A DNA stretch of 52,606 nucleotides, from positions 1-52,606 of IMG/VR virus record IMGVR_UViG_3300037540_000099; one strand, 5' to 3'. The DNA comes from a virus (lineage: Duplodnaviria; Caudoviricetes). A program made the position numbers and the translations under genes. The notes beneath the pieces are model-generated. The model ran no database searches. It had not been told where the DNA came from and was given only the letters and a program-made list of their open reading frames with translations. This document shows, piece by piece, positions 1 to 9,230 of this stretch; the first letter of the stretch is position 1; every line of letters starts with the position of its first letter.

Positions 1-127
1 CGTTGTTCGTCAGCGGGGCTGTTCCATCTGCCTTCCGCCCCGCCTCACATGAGGCAATCAGCGCCTCGCCGTCTGGCATCGGCCGTTCAGCCAAGTACGG
101 GAAGCGGGCCTCGGGCTTGTCCGCAAT
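1..127. repeat. Terminal direct repeat, left copy (circular-contig overlap)
   Basis: 1-127 is identical to 52480-52606. 127 nt is a common maximum assembler k-mer. A CDS reads in frame across the junction. Confidence 0.95.
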
Positions 128-703
128 CTCAGCCGCCGTCGCGTCCGCTGGAATGCGCGGCGACTCGCGGCCATCCCACCAGCCCGTGATGACCGGGACC
201 GCAACCTTCGCCTTCGCGGCGGCGGCGGCTCGGAGATGGGTCGGCTGCTCAATCTCTATAGGGCCAATCTTCGGCGCGCACTGGCCGAAGTGCGTCACCC
301 CAGCCACGGTTATAGCCGCCGCATACATCCCATGCTCCTCGCGGCGCTTCCCGCAGGTCGCGCACTGTGCAGTCACAAGGTGACTGTGCTCCGCAGCCCA
401 CTCAGCCTCGGTTTCGGGCGGCGGCTTGAGTTGCTTCTCCAACTCCGCGATGCGCTTGTTGGCGGTGGCGAGCTGATCCTTGAGTTCCTGGTTCTGTTCA
501 TTCAGGGCATCGAGGTTCCTGCGCAGGAACCTCCCCTTCTTCGTTTGGGTCTCCGCATTCGCCTGCGCCCGCCACTGGTTCCGCAGCCACCTCCCGACAG
601 CGCAGGCGGCCTTCCACAGTTTCCACCCAACGTGATCGGGCGCGGTCTGTTGGCGAGGCGGGTTGTAGGTGACATTCTCGTAATCATCAGTCGGTGTCGG
701 CAT
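1..703 (-). CDS. Hypothetical protein (~250 aa) spanning the circular junction, 5' part; continues 52479->52430
   Basis: Translated by hand and absent from the ORF track. GAGGAG RBS, ATG at 703, MPTPTDDYENVTYNPP... with a coiled-coil stretch (LDALNEQNQELKDQLATANKRIAELEKQL). Open to base 1, then to TAA at 52432-52430 (753 nt in total). Confidence 0.8.
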   Translation of the reverse strand, partial: MPTPTDDYENVTYNPPRQQTAPDHVGWKLWKAACAVGRWLRNQWRAQANAETQTKKGRFLRRNLDALNEQNQELKDQLATANKRIAELEKQLKPPPETEAEWAAEHSHLVTAQCATCGKRREEHGMYAAAITVAGVTHFGQCAPKIGPIEIEQPTHLRAAAAAKAKVAVPVITGWWDGRESPRIPADATAAEIADKPEARFPYLAERPMPDGEALIASCEAGRKADGTAPLTNN

Positions 704-923
704 GGGAGGGCTCCTCTCTGCGATGCGGGTTCAGGCGCTCTACTTTGTTCGTGCATCGAGCCCACACCGAACCAGCAGTAGTAACGGTCCCGTTATGCGG
801 CCACCAACATCTAACCTCAGGAGACCCATCCCGGCGCCTCGCCTTGCTATCGAAGTTGTAGTGGTCGGGGTGTTTGATGCAACGGATGCATGCGCAGTAG
901 TTATGCACTACCCACCTCCTCAC
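687..923 (-). CDS. Small Cys/His-rich hypothetical protein
   Basis: Fills the gap between neighbouring genes; CxxC-type motifs. Confidence 0.5.
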   Translation of the reverse strand: MRRWVVHNYCACIRCIKHPDHYNFDSKARRRDGSPEVRCWWPHNGTVTTAGSVWARCTNKVERLNPHRREEPSHADTD

Positions 924-1080
924 ATCCTTTCCGGGCCTCTCTGGCGGCCCGAATGTCTGGTGCGTCCTCTACCTCGTCGCTGCCCTCGTTCATCCTGGAG
1001 AGTGCCTTCTCGTAGGAGTCATCCCACTCGGCAACGCAGGCCCAGAAGTAGGCCTCCCATTGTTCGTGTGCGCTCTTCAC
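901..1080 (-). CDS. Small acidic hypothetical protein
   Basis: GTG at 1080 overlaps the stop of the ASCH gene (GTGA coupling). Confidence 0.55.
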   Translation of the reverse strand: MKSAHEQWEAYFWACVAEWDDSYEKALSRMNEGSDEVEDAPDIRAAREARKGCEEVGSA

Positions 1081-1520
1081 GAGTCTCCCTCCTGTCTCTC
1101 GACCTCCGCCGCGACCTCGGGCGGCAGGATGGCCCACGTTTGCGCTCCCCGCTTCGGCTTCCACTCCAGCGGTTCGGAGAGGGTCTGCACATCGGAGAGG
1201 ACCCAGGAGTATCCGTAATCCCCATGAGGCCCTGGCTCCATCCATCCAGGTTGTTCCCGGTCGCTGTTTCGAGGTCCCCTGCACTCCGCGATGGTCGCGA
1301 CGGCGAGGATGGAATTGATGTGGTTGTATGGGAGGTCGCGGTCGAATAGCAACTCCCAACCAGCATTGACATTCGGCCCCTCAATGATTGCCGCCCCACT
1401 CCGTATCGCCACTCGCTCCCCGACCTTCCGCGTCGGCTGCGACCGGAACTCAACGGTCTTGACTCCCGCCGCGATGAGACCGGCCCAGGGTTGCAGCACC
1501 GTCAGGCAGCTACGTATCAC
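1077..1520 (-). CDS. ASCH domain protein
   Basis: LTVLQPWAGLIAAGVKTVEFRS matches the ASCH signature (QPWA...GxKxxExR). GGAGG precedes GTG at 1520. Confidence 0.85.
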   Translation of the reverse strand: MIRSCLTVLQPWAGLIAAGVKTVEFRSQPTRKVGERVAIRSGAAIIEGPNVNAGWELLFDRDLPYNHINSILAVATIAECRGPRNSDREQPGWMEPGPHGDYGYSWVLSDVQTLSEPLEWKPKRGAQTWAILPPEVAAEVERQEGDS

Positions 1521-1860
1521 TGGAGGCCTCCTCGGCGGCGGCGATGGCTTCGGCGCAGGTCTCGAAGGGTCCGTTCGTCCCAATCATGTTCGTTCTCCAA
1601 TAGCGCCAGCCTTCGACCTTGCGAGGAATGGTCTCGTGGAGTTGGTAGTAGGCATCGCAGCTATAGTGTACCTGCAGAAGGTCGTCGGCCTGTGTGCGAT
1701 GGAGCGCCAGACATTCCCACCCCTCCGGCACCTGCCGCTCGCGGAGTCGCTCAATCTCCGCTGCCATCGCGTTGATGACCTCGCAGGTGGCCTCGGCCTC
1801 ATACCACCCGTCCCGGTAGCCAACGTCATCCCACCCGAACTCATCAGGAATGTGGCTCAT
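1510..1860 (-). CDS. Hypothetical phage protein
   Basis: Packed between neighbours; GGAGG RBS. Confidence 0.65.
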   Translation of the reverse strand: MSHIPDEFGWDDVGYRDGWYEAEATCEVINAMAAEIERLRERQVPEGWECLALHRTQADDLLQVHYSCDAYYQLHETIPRKVEGWRYWRTNMIGTNGPFETCAEAIAAAEEASSDT

Positions 1861-2374
1861 CGCCGCCTCCCTTCAGCTTGGCGAGGAGGGTGCCTGCCGA
1901 CTTGCGGTGCCTCTCCTTGGTTGTGGTCCCGCCTGCGTCCGCGCAAATCTCCAGTAACATATCGAGTTCGTCCTGAGACACCCCCTCCGCTACCACGCAG
2001 GCGCGGGAGGCGGCTGCCTTGTAGTGCCGCTCAACCATGAACGTTGCCCGTTTCAGACCCTCGACATAGCCGTCAGCCCACTCAATACTCTTCGTCGGAG
2101 CCGTCTTGCCTTCCATCGCCTGCGTTCGCTCCACCTCAAAGTCATCTTCCAGTTCGGCGAGCCACTTGCAGTCGCCGGGCACATAGCGCAATGGCTCAGG
2201 CAACTCCCCCGCCCCCACCACCTGCGCCACGGTGCTACCGTGGGAGCAGGGCTCGAAGACGCTCGGACCGTGGATGCCAGCTAACGTGCCTATTGAGCAT
2301 CCGCCAGGCCTACAGAACGCGGTGCAGTCACACTCCTTCGCTCGCCTCACCACCAACCCGGTCTGCTCAGTCAT
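1844..2374 (-). CDS. Hypothetical protein, Cys-rich N-terminus
   Basis: ATGA coupling with the upstream gene at 2374. Confidence 0.6.
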   Translation of the reverse strand: MTEQTGLVVRRAKECDCTAFCRPGGCSIGTLAGIHGPSVFEPCSHGSTVAQVVGAGELPEPLRYVPGDCKWLAELEDDFEVERTQAMEGKTAPTKSIEWADGYVEGLKRATFMVERHYKAAASRACVVAEGVSQDELDMLLEICADAGGTTTKERHRKSAGTLLAKLKGGGDEPHS

Positions 2375-2586
2375 CGGAACCCCCCATCGTCGCGGGCGTC
2401 TAGCGCAGCCCAACGAGCATCCTCCTGGTTGGCGCCGTGCCCCGTTAGGTAGCTGTACGTTGCCTCTGCATCGCCTCGGAGGTCCGGTGCCTCGGATGCG
2501 TACCGAACCAGGTCGCCCAGTCGGGGACCCGTATCGACCTCGTTGGGCCTGTTGTCCGGGAATGGCAGTCGCAGTTGCTCACTCAT
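2371..2586 (-). CDS. Hypothetical protein
   Basis: ATG at 2586 (MSEQLRLPF) overlaps the upstream stop. Confidence 0.55.
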   Translation of the reverse strand: MSEQLRLPFPDNRPNEVDTGPRLGDLVRYASEAPDLRGDAEATYSYLTGHGANQEDARWAALDARDDGGFR

Positions 2587-3457
2587 CGCCCTGCACCTCC
2601 AGCCAGGCGGCGGGGATGCCGAGGTCACGAAGCATGTTCCGCCGCCCGCTGCAGAAGTTGCATGGGCAAGCTCGCCGCGTACTAAGACTGGCGGGACACT
2701 CGCTATCGCCATACTCCCGCACCTTCTCCTTCGTCATCCACACCCCGTCCCCGCGCGGCTGGGCGGCTTCGAGGGTGGCGGCGAGGGCGTCCAAGGCTCT
2801 CTGCAAGGTGCTTCCGGACGAGGCATCAATGGCTCGCACTCGGAGTATCTGCGCGATGCGCCTGCGTGCCCAGCCATCCTCCGGCACCGCCACCACCGGC
2901 TCCGACCTCAGACGCTCGATCTCGGCCTTCAGTTCGGCGACGCGCTGCTCGGCGGCCTCGGCGCGTTGCCTCTCTTCGTCTATTTCGCCCGCGAGTTCCT
3001 GAATTGCCGCTTCGTCGTGTCGCGTTCGGTCCATCAGGTCCTGTATCGTTCGCCCGGCAGCAATTACTGATTCGTGTGCGCGGTCAGCCCGCTCCTTCTC
3101 AACCACAACCTTGGTCGCCGCCTCGTCCCTCGCGCGGGCGAGGTGATAGCGTTCGCACTTGTACGGCTTCGCACACGAGCGCACCCACTTGCAGGCATCA
3201 TGCAGGTCAAGTCCGAGGCTACGCACAGCCGCGCAAGGAGGCTTCGTCCGCTTCGGTTCGTCGATGATGAACTCACACTCCGGCGCGGGGTCGGGGTCGG
3301 CCTCCGGTTCGGGGGCGTCGGAGAGGAGGGTCTTCGTGCCTTCTATCAGCGCCGCTGTCAGCACAACGTCGCCCTTCGTCAGCGCATAGACTGCGTTCCC
3401 CAGACCGTCAATAGCCTCCCTCGCCTTCTCGTCTACGACCTCAGTCTCCGTCGCCAT
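2579..3457 (-). CDS. Hypothetical coiled-coil protein with Cys clusters
   Basis: Long ORF, GAGGA RBS before MATETE, coiled-coil segment, C-terminal CPCNFC. Confidence 0.7.
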   Translation of the reverse strand: MATETEVVDEKAREAIDGLGNAVYALTKGDVVLTAALIEGTKTLLSDAPEPEADPDPAPECEFIIDEPKRTKPPCAAVRSLGLDLHDACKWVRSCAKPYKCERYHLARARDEAATKVVVEKERADRAHESVIAAGRTIQDLMDRTRHDEAAIQELAGEIDEERQRAEAAEQRVAELKAEIERLRSEPVVAVPEDGWARRRIAQILRVRAIDASSGSTLQRALDALAATLEAAQPRGDGVWMTKEKVREYGDSECPASLSTRRACPCNFCSGRRNMLRDLGIPAAWLEVQGDE

Positions 3458-4646
3458 TGGCTTCCTCGCTTTCGGCGGGCGCTTTCCACTTCCACTCACT
3501 GCCGCCCGCCTTGGTCTTCAGGTGGTCTCCGTATCGGTTGGTCGGATCTTCAGCCAGCTTCTTGCCAGCGCCGCGCTTCAGCCCGCCGATGATCGTATTC
3601 AGATCCACCTTCCCGGCCTGAAGCTTGGGGATCAGCTTGTTCCAGTCCTTGACCTGGATCGTATCGGCCTTCGGGTAACGGTCGCCTACTGTCCCGTCAG
3701 TCGCCGTGATCGGGCCGCCGTGGCCATCCCTCTTCCCATCACGACGGGCCCGGAGTTCGTCCTCCCCCATGTTGCCCTGCGCCCGGTGCAGGCAGACCAG
3801 TTCACGGAGGCGCGGGCTGTCGAGTTGGGCGATGCTGGTGACCTCGCCAGTCTCTGCGGCCATCAGTTCCTCGCGCAGTTCGACGGCCGGGCACAAGTGC
3901 ATGTAGGAACACGCCGTACTACACCACTCGCCCGGGCATGGAGGCCAGTGCTCCTTCTCCAAACCCTCCGCGAGGTTGGCCTCCACGCGCTCGATGTCTG
4001 AGACGATGGACTTCCCGACTCGGAGGGCCTGCTTACGTCCCCAATCCCACTCAACGTCGGAGCGATACAGTCCAGGCCAGACCTCGCCAGTCCTGCAGAA
4101 CTCAAGCTGCAGAGAGACCTCGGTGACCTCCTCAATATCCGAGCAGATCAGCCAAGCCATCTGCTGAAGCTGCTTGATCGGGTGCCGCTTCGGCTTCTTC
4201 TCCTCTGGGCGGCCCTTCCAATCCGTGTAGATCGCCAGTTTGCCGCTACTCTGCCAGGCATCTACCAACCTTAGGTGATCTAATCGGCCGATGAAGGTCC
4301 CCTTCCCATTGGGCAAGTCCGCAGTGAGCTCAAGCTCGAAGCTGGAAGTTCCGTAGTATCCTTCCCAATCCCAGACCTGCCGCTTAGTCCACCAGTGGAA
4401 GTCCTCCTGATTGTCCGGGTCCGTGATGTCGGCGGCGATAATCGGAACCTGGTCGTGATCCTCGTTGACCTTGCGCTCCCAGCAGTGGGCGCCATACTCC
4501 CGGACGGCATTGTGGAACTCGCTTCCGTCGACGAAGATCTTGACCGGGCGCTCGGAGGACTCGTCGATGTAGTTGTGCCACCAGCGACGGCGGCATTCTG
4601 AGAAGGTGCGAAGCCGCGAGTGAGACCAGCGGGTGAGGGGTTTCAT
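3441..4646 (-). CDS. PD-(D/E)XK nuclease (RecB/AddB/Cas4-like exonuclease, probable Fe-S cluster)
   Basis: SHSRL..F.EC; GSEFH; GRLD...DWK; QLQQ; C-terminal C-x3-C-x5-CP cluster. Confidence 0.85.
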   Translation of the reverse strand: MKPLTRWSHSRLRTFSECRRRWWHNYIDESSERPVKIFVDGSEFHNAVREYGAHCWERKVNEDHDQVPIIAADITDPDNQEDFHWWTKRQVWDWEGYYGTSSFELELTADLPNGKGTFIGRLDHLRLVDAWQSSGKLAIYTDWKGRPEEKKPKRHPIKQLQQMAWLICSDIEEVTEVSLQLEFCRTGEVWPGLYRSDVEWDWGRKQALRVGKSIVSDIERVEANLAEGLEKEHWPPCPGEWCSTACSYMHLCPAVELREELMAAETGEVTSIAQLDSPRLRELVCLHRAQGNMGEDELRARRDGKRDGHGGPITATDGTVGDRYPKADTIQVKDWNKLIPKLQAGKVDLNTIIGGLKRGAGKKLAEDPTNRYGDHLKTKAGGSEWKWKAPAESEEANGDGD

Positions 4647-4987
4647 CGGCGGTCCTCCGCTCGACGCCTCTCATATCGCGCTTCGTCTTCGGCCCTTTGG
4701 ACCCGGACCTGCGCGTCCTGGTGTGCCATGAACGCTTGATGCCGCGCCTGGCGAATACCCTCGGCGGCGTCCTGCTCGATCTCGTTCATGCGTTCTTCCA
4801 GGGACTCGACCTCTGCTTCGAGGTCCTCAACACGGGCAGCCTGCTTGGCGTAGGCGCACGCTTCCATCAGTTCAGCCCGCTTCTCCTCGTCAAGCTCCCA
4901 TGCCATCCACGGACAGGCTGGAACCGCACCCGAACCCTCGCACAGCATACATCCGGCATTGATTGGGTCGCAGTGCTTACAGTTCAC
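4643..4987 (-). CDS. Zn-finger/coiled-coil hypothetical protein
   Basis: CKHC...CMLCEGSG followed by a coiled coil; coupled at both ends. Confidence 0.65.
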   Translation of the reverse strand: MNCKHCDPINAGCMLCEGSGAVPACPWMAWELDEEKRAELMEACAYAKQAARVEDLEAEVESLEERMNEIEQDAAEGIRQARHQAFMAHQDAQVRVQRAEDEARYERRRAEDRR

Positions 4988-6348
4988 GACGCACCTCCCG
5001 CCTTCTTCACCAGCTCCTTCGCCTGCTCAATCGTAACGGGCTGCCCTCTCGTCGCGCCGACCTCCTCAAACCATGCCTTCTGCACGTCCTTCGGGATGTC
5101 GGCAACGGCCTCCCGGAAGGTCTCCATGAGGGCTTCGAGCTCGTCCGGTTCCTCCACCGTGAAGTCCGCGTCGATCGGTTCCTCGGACTCAGGCTCCGTC
5201 TTCCCGCTGGCTGCGCGGACCATCGCTTCGGCTGCAGCATCGGCACCGTCGAGGTCTGTGTCGAAGTCGTGCAGGAACTTGTTGATCACGGCCTCGCCCA
5301 GGTGCGGCCGCCACCGCTCGAAGAAGGCCTCCTCGGCACTCATCTGCGCGGCGTGGGCCTCGGGCGTAAACTCAGCATCCGCGGCGAGACGGGACAGCCG
5401 TTCCTCCCGTAGCTCGTGCAGCGACTTCACGCGGACAAGGGCTGCAGGCTCGGGCAGCTCTGCCAACTGCTTCGCCTCCAGTTCGAGCAGCTTCAGATCC
5501 CCGCGATAGTCGATCTTCACAGCAGGCGGGAAGATCGGTTGGCCAGTACCAGGGATCGCCGAGGGGCGGCGCTCGACCTTCAGCCAACAGGTGGCCCGGG
5601 CGAGGGTGCGCTTCGCGGAGCGGAGCAAGTTCTGCACGTCGTTGATGGACGTCGTGAGCCGGTTGAGACTCCCCCACGCCCGGGAGTAGTACGACGCAGT
5701 ACTCTCGTCCGTAGCCCAGTCGACCAGGAAGCTGAAGTCTATCACCGGCTTGCAGGCGATCTCGGCGTCCGGGTTTCGGAAGAACTCACAGAGCAGTGGG
5801 TCGCAGGTGATGATCTTCTTATCCTTGACGGCCTTCCCGATCCAGAACTCCGACAGCTCGGGGTCGATCTCGGAGAAACCCTGCGCCTCCAGCGCGGCGG
5901 CCTGCTCAGGGGTTTCCAGGAACTCAGGGCTCTTTGGGCTGTACGCCCCGCAGAGCATGTGACGCCCGGTGCACTTCTGCGACCACGACGCCAGGTGCAG
6001 GTCGATCCAGTCCATAGGATCAGGACCACGCAGGATGATCGGTACCCGGTCTGGCTCGAAGTCGCCTTCGCCATCCCACTCGACTTCGGCAGCCAAGTCA
6101 TCCTGCCAGGGCTGGTATGTCGGGTAGCCCATTGTGTCGGCAGGATCGCGCCCCTTCCGTGGCATCTTCTGCACATTGACCCTGCCGCACCGGAACCAAC
6201 AGTGGGCCCGTCGATCTTGGATGCGTGGCTCATCGAACATCGACTCAGCTATGGCCAGCCGGACTCCCGGCGACCTGCTCTTCTTGATCATCACGCACTC
6301 TCCTGGTTGACTCCGAGGGGGCCGACTGGTAGACTGGTCGGCGATCAC
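4984..6348 (-). CDS. Putative phiC31 gp3-like (recombination directionality factor-like) recombination protein
   Basis: C-x4-C...CKP motif followed by hydrophobic strand and S..W.S pattern, acidic tail, close to the exonuclease. Family call is from recalled resemblance. Start uncertain. Confidence 0.55.
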   Translation of the reverse strand: MIADQSTSRPPRSQPGECVMIKKSRSPGVRLAIAESMFDEPRIQDRRAHCWFRCGRVNVQKMPRKGRDPADTMGYPTYQPWQDDLAAEVEWDGEGDFEPDRVPIILRGPDPMDWIDLHLASWSQKCTGRHMLCGAYSPKSPEFLETPEQAAALEAQGFSEIDPELSEFWIGKAVKDKKIITCDPLLCEFFRNPDAEIACKPVIDFSFLVDWATDESTASYYSRAWGSLNRLTTSINDVQNLLRSAKRTLARATCWLKVERRPSAIPGTGQPIFPPAVKIDYRGDLKLLELEAKQLAELPEPAALVRVKSLHELREERLSRLAADAEFTPEAHAAQMSAEEAFFERWRPHLGEAVINKFLHDFDTDLDGADAAAEAMVRAASGKTEPESEEPIDADFTVEEPDELEALMETFREAVADIPKDVQKAWFEEVGATRGQPVTIEQAKELVKKAGGAS

Positions 6349-6361
6349 TCCCTCAGTTCCT

Positions 6362-6393
6362 CCGGCCTCGGGTGTCGCAGCATCCGAGGCCGG
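6362..6393. terminator. GC-rich hairpin after the RNase H gene
   Basis: CCGGCCTCGG...CCGAGGCCGG inverted repeat; no U-tract. Confidence 0.35.
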
Positions 6394-6900
6394 TTACGTT
6401 TGGGCTCTGCGTTGGGCGGCCTCCTCCGCTGCGGCCTCGGCTAGTTCACGCGCCCGCGCCTGCCCATCCTTGTTGCCCCGCAGGAACGCAGGCACCTGTT
6501 GCTCTTTGATCTTCGTGATCTCCGCACGGATAAGATCATGGGCCGGGTTGTAGCCGCGCGGGACATAGACCACTTCGATGCTCTTCTCGGCGGCGATTTC
6601 TCGGGCTGCCTCGGCGATTGTCAAGTGATCCGGGTCCTTGAGAGTCCATTCCCCGCTGATACCTTGCGCAGCATACATGGAGTCTGTGTAGACAGCCGAG
6701 AGGTCTCCGCCAACCTTGAGCGCCTGCAGGACCGCTGAGAGTTCGGCGAGGTTGTTCGTGCCCGGCCCGAGGCGAGTGGTCTCGCTTCTGGTGATGCTGA
6801 GTTTTTCTCCCTCGGGTTCTCCGATCACCACCGCGATGATCATCTCGCCAGGGTTTGGGTAACAGCTTCCGTCTACGACGGCTACCAGGTTTGACATCAC
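6394..6900 (-). CDS. rnhA: Ribonuclease HI family protein
   Basis: VDGSCYPNPG, TNNLAE, YTDS and YVPR..N..HDL give the RNase H acidic catalytic set. Confidence 0.88.
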   Translation of the reverse strand: MMSNLVAVVDGSCYPNPGEMIIAVVIGEPEGEKLSITRSETTRLGPGTNNLAELSAVLQALKVGGDLSAVYTDSMYAAQGISGEWTLKDPDHLTIAEAAREIAAEKSIEVVYVPRGYNPAHDLIRAEITKIKEQQVPAFLRGNKDGQARARELAEAAAEEAAQRRAQT

Positions 6901-6922
6901 AGCCTCCCTTGCTCGGTTAGCG

Positions 6923-7081
6923 TCAACGAACTTCCCACAGTTGATGACTCGCCGGATTACTCAGCGCCCTCGCCAGCACCCACAGACACCAAGCTACCAG
7001 CGGGACTCCGGTCAGGGCTGCCAATCCGCAGAGGGCCAGTTTGCAGCGGCGCTCTTGGCGCTTGAGGAGGTCAGGGTGCAT
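6923..7081 (-). CDS. Small membrane protein
   Basis: GAGGAGG RBS, MHPDLL..., one hydrophobic segment. Confidence 0.55.
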   Translation of the reverse strand: MHPDLLKRQERRCKLALCGLAALTGVPLVAWCLWVLARALSNPASHQLWEVR

Positions 7082-7286
7082 TGGCGGCCTCCTCGTCTCC
7101 TGACGGAAAGTGCCCGAGGATCTCCTGCGCGATGGGGCACTCAGCCTGCGGGTCTCGTGCATAAGAATACCGGCAATCGCTCTGCATGGGTGCTCTCGCA
7201 CCGAAGCACTCAGAGAAGACCTCCTCCAGCACCCCGCAGACTGATCCCCGACCTTTCGGGGCAGTGAACTCACAAATCATCGCCAT
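7071..7286 (-). CDS. Small Cys-rich hypothetical protein
   Basis: Packed between neighbours; 5 Cys. Confidence 0.55.
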   Translation of the reverse strand: MAMICEFTAPKGRGSVCGVLEEVFSECFGARAPMQSDCRYSYARDPQAECPIAQEILGHFPSGDEEAANAP

Positions 7287-7554
7287 CGCCCTCTCCGGCG
7301 GCCTCGCCTGCCTCAGCCGCCTCGGCTTCCGCAGTCTCGCGTCGTTCCCGCTCTTCGATGTTCTGCGTCAGATTGGCCACGAGGATCGCCGTCCACTTCT
7401 CCATGTGCGGGGCAGCGTCTACCGCATCTCGCAGCCTGATTCTCTCGCCACCGTGGACACCAAAGCGGAATCCGATCTCCAACTCAAACGGGTAGCCGAT
7501 CACCTCATCGTCACGGCGCAATATGATCTCCAACTGGCTGCTTGCGTCTCGCAT
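7270..7554 (-). CDS. Hypothetical protein
   Basis: AGGAGG RBS. Confidence 0.65.
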   Translation of the reverse strand: MRDASSQLEIILRRDDEVIGYPFELEIGFRFGVHGGERIRLRDAVDAAPHMEKWTAILVANLTQNIEERERRETAEAEAAEAGEAAGEGDGDDL

Positions 7555-7558
7555 GATC

Positions 7559-7921
7559 TCAACCTCCTGGTGTCTGGTTGACGACTGCCTTCGCCTCTTC
7601 GATCCTCCTCTCCCGGTCTTCCGTGATCTGCTCTTCCGTCACCCCGACGCGCCCGCCGTACATGGAGACGAGGCGCTGCGCGTGGGAGAGGACCTTCATG
7701 TTCTCGCGATGCAATTCCCTGGAGGCAGCTCTCTCGCGAGTAGAGGCTTCGGCCTCTATGAGTTCTTCTGTCAGAGCGACCTCGTGATGCTCCATCTCGT
7801 CCTTCATGCAGTCCAGGAACTTCACAGTGAGGTTAGCGAGCGCGTTCGCCCTCGCGGGTGTAGAGCAGAAGGCTTCGACCTCTTCCTTGGTGACGGGTAG
7901 GTCAACGGTACTTGAAGCCAC
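7559..7921 (-). CDS. Hypothetical helical protein
   Basis: GGAGG before GTG at 7921. Confidence 0.6.
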   Translation of the reverse strand: MASSTVDLPVTKEEVEAFCSTPARANALANLTVKFLDCMKDEMEHHEVALTEELIEAEASTRERAASRELHRENMKVLSHAQRLVSMYGGRVGVTEEQITEDRERRIEEAKAVVNQTPGG

Positions 7922-8168
7922 GGGGTACCTCCCTCGGATTGTCGGCGGCAAACTCAACGTGATCGTTGCCGGGCTGCTCGGCCTTCTCCTTGCACTCCCA
8001 GCAGATGTCAAGGTCTACGGGGCCTGCCTGGTCTGCGATGGTCTCGTAAGCCTGATTCTCGGCAGCGCAGAAGGGGCACCACTTCCCGTGACAGTCTTCG
8101 CAGACCCAGGGCGATTGATCGGCCTGGCTGAACTGAGACTTGCAGCCCTTGCAGATATAGCGGCCCAT
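7902..8168 (-). CDS. Zinc-finger hypothetical protein (four CxxC)
   Basis: CKGC, CEDC, CPFC, CWEC; GAGGGAG RBS. Confidence 0.65.
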   Translation of the reverse strand: MGRYICKGCKSQFSQADQSPWVCEDCHGKWCPFCAAENQAYETIADQAGPVDLDICWECKEKAEQPGNDHVEFAADNPREVPRGFKYR

Positions 8169-8169
8169 G

Positions 8170-8559
8170 TCACTCTCCCTCGGCGGCGGCGATGGTCCAC
8201 CACTTGGTTTGTTTGGCTGCATCAAGTACCTGCACCGTTACATCGCCTATCGTTTCCCCTGCGCCTTTGGCGACCTCATCCCCATCGCGCCGCGCAGTCC
8301 ACAGAAGACCGCCTCCGCCTATCTTGGGTAGTACGCAGCAGCGGACACCGTTCTTCATCCAAAGCACCTCGTCGCAATACTCTGGCACTTGTCCCGCCTC
8401 CAACTCGCGGGCCGCTTCGAGGAGGTTGGCCAGCACGAGCCCCCCTATTGCATAGGCAATACCGTCGCTGAATGAGAGGCCCGTGTCGTCCATGTCGCGC
8501 TTGGCTATGAGGTCGTCCCGAAACTCCTCCAGCTTCTCAGCCAGCTTCCCGTCTGCCAT
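8170..8559 (-). CDS. Hypothetical protein
   Basis: Gene packing; GGAG RBS before MADGK. Confidence 0.65.
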   Translation of the reverse strand: MADGKLAEKLEEFRDDLIAKRDMDDTGLSFSDGIAYAIGGLVLANLLEAARELEAGQVPEYCDEVLWMKNGVRCCVLPKIGGGGLLWTARRDGDEVAKGAGETIGDVTVQVLDAAKQTKWWTIAAAEGE

Positions 8560-8560
8560 G

Positions 8561-8977
8561 TCACTCTCCGATCCGAACGTGTTCGACTTCATCCGTCACT
8601 GCAGCCGCCACCCAGAGCCGGTGACAGTCCGCAGGATCGTGCTCCAAACAGAGAAGGAGAACCCGCTTCCCCTCTGCTAGCATGTCTCGAATCTGAAGCG
8701 TGGCTCGGTCGGCCTTGCCCCAGTCCTCAGGATGCCAGCCGGGCTTCTCCCGATCCACATTGCCCAACTGGGGCCAGTGCTGATAATGGTCTCGGCCGAG
8801 GGTGCCGACTAACTGATGGCCCATCCACTCCTCGCGCTCGCTCCATGCCTTCAGCCGAACGTCAATCACCAAGTCGACCTCCTCCATCTCTACCAGCGAC
8901 CTCAGGCCCTCGGGCGTCAGCTTCTGGTAGCCGATGGTGAAGAGCTTCGGAGGGTAGAGGAGGGAGTGGTCAGTCAT
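8561..8977 (-). CDS. DUF488 family protein
   Basis: FTIGY, IDVR, LG, and LLCLE.D...CHR motifs typical of DUF488. Confidence 0.85.
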   Translation of the reverse strand: MTDHSLLYPPKLFTIGYQKLTPEGLRSLVEMEEVDLVIDVRLKAWSEREEWMGHQLVGTLGRDHYQHWPQLGNVDREKPGWHPEDWGKADRATLQIRDMLAEGKRVLLLCLEHDPADCHRLWVAAAVTDEVEHVRIGE

Positions 8978-9155
8978 CAGAGGGTTCCTCAAGCTCGAAT
9001 GTCAGATCCTCCCGGCCCATGCGTACCGCTGCGCGTTCGCCGAGGGCAAGAAGATCCTGCGTTGTTACATGGATCGCAGCGCCATTCTCGGCGCTTTGTA
9101 TGGCCTCCGGGAACCGCGTTATCCAACCGGCGGTCTTGTCGATTAGGATCTTCAT
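8970..9155 (-). CDS. Small hypothetical protein
   Basis: GAGGAG-like RBS; overlaps the next start. Confidence 0.55.
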   Translation of the reverse strand: MKILIDKTAGWITRFPEAIQSAENGAAIHVTTQDLLALGERAAVRMGREDLTFELEEPSDD

Positions 9156-9158
9156 CCC

Positions 9159-9230
9159 TCAACTCCTCGCCTTCAGTCTCCGCGCCCAACGTCGGAGCTT
9201 GGCCTGCGGTTTCTTGGTGAGTGGTCTCAT
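9159..9230 (-). CDS. Possible 23-aa basic peptide (MRPLTKKPQAKLRRWARRLKARS)
   Basis: ATGA-coupled to the upstream gene and fills the gap. Below the ORF track cutoff. Confidence 0.4.
   Translation of the reverse strand: MRPLTKKPQAKLRRWARRLKARS

Noticed and set aside
1-127. Biological direct terminal repeat or att site
   Set aside because: The length equals a typical assembler k-mer and the repeat falls mid-gene, so it is best explained as circular overlap.
3441-4646. Cas4 as part of a CRISPR system
   Set aside because: No cas1/cas2 or array; standalone PD-(D/E)XK exonucleases are common in phage recombination modules.
6394-6900. Retroelement, DGR or retron suggested by RNase H
   Set aside because: I saw no reverse transcriptase and no TR/VR repeat pair.
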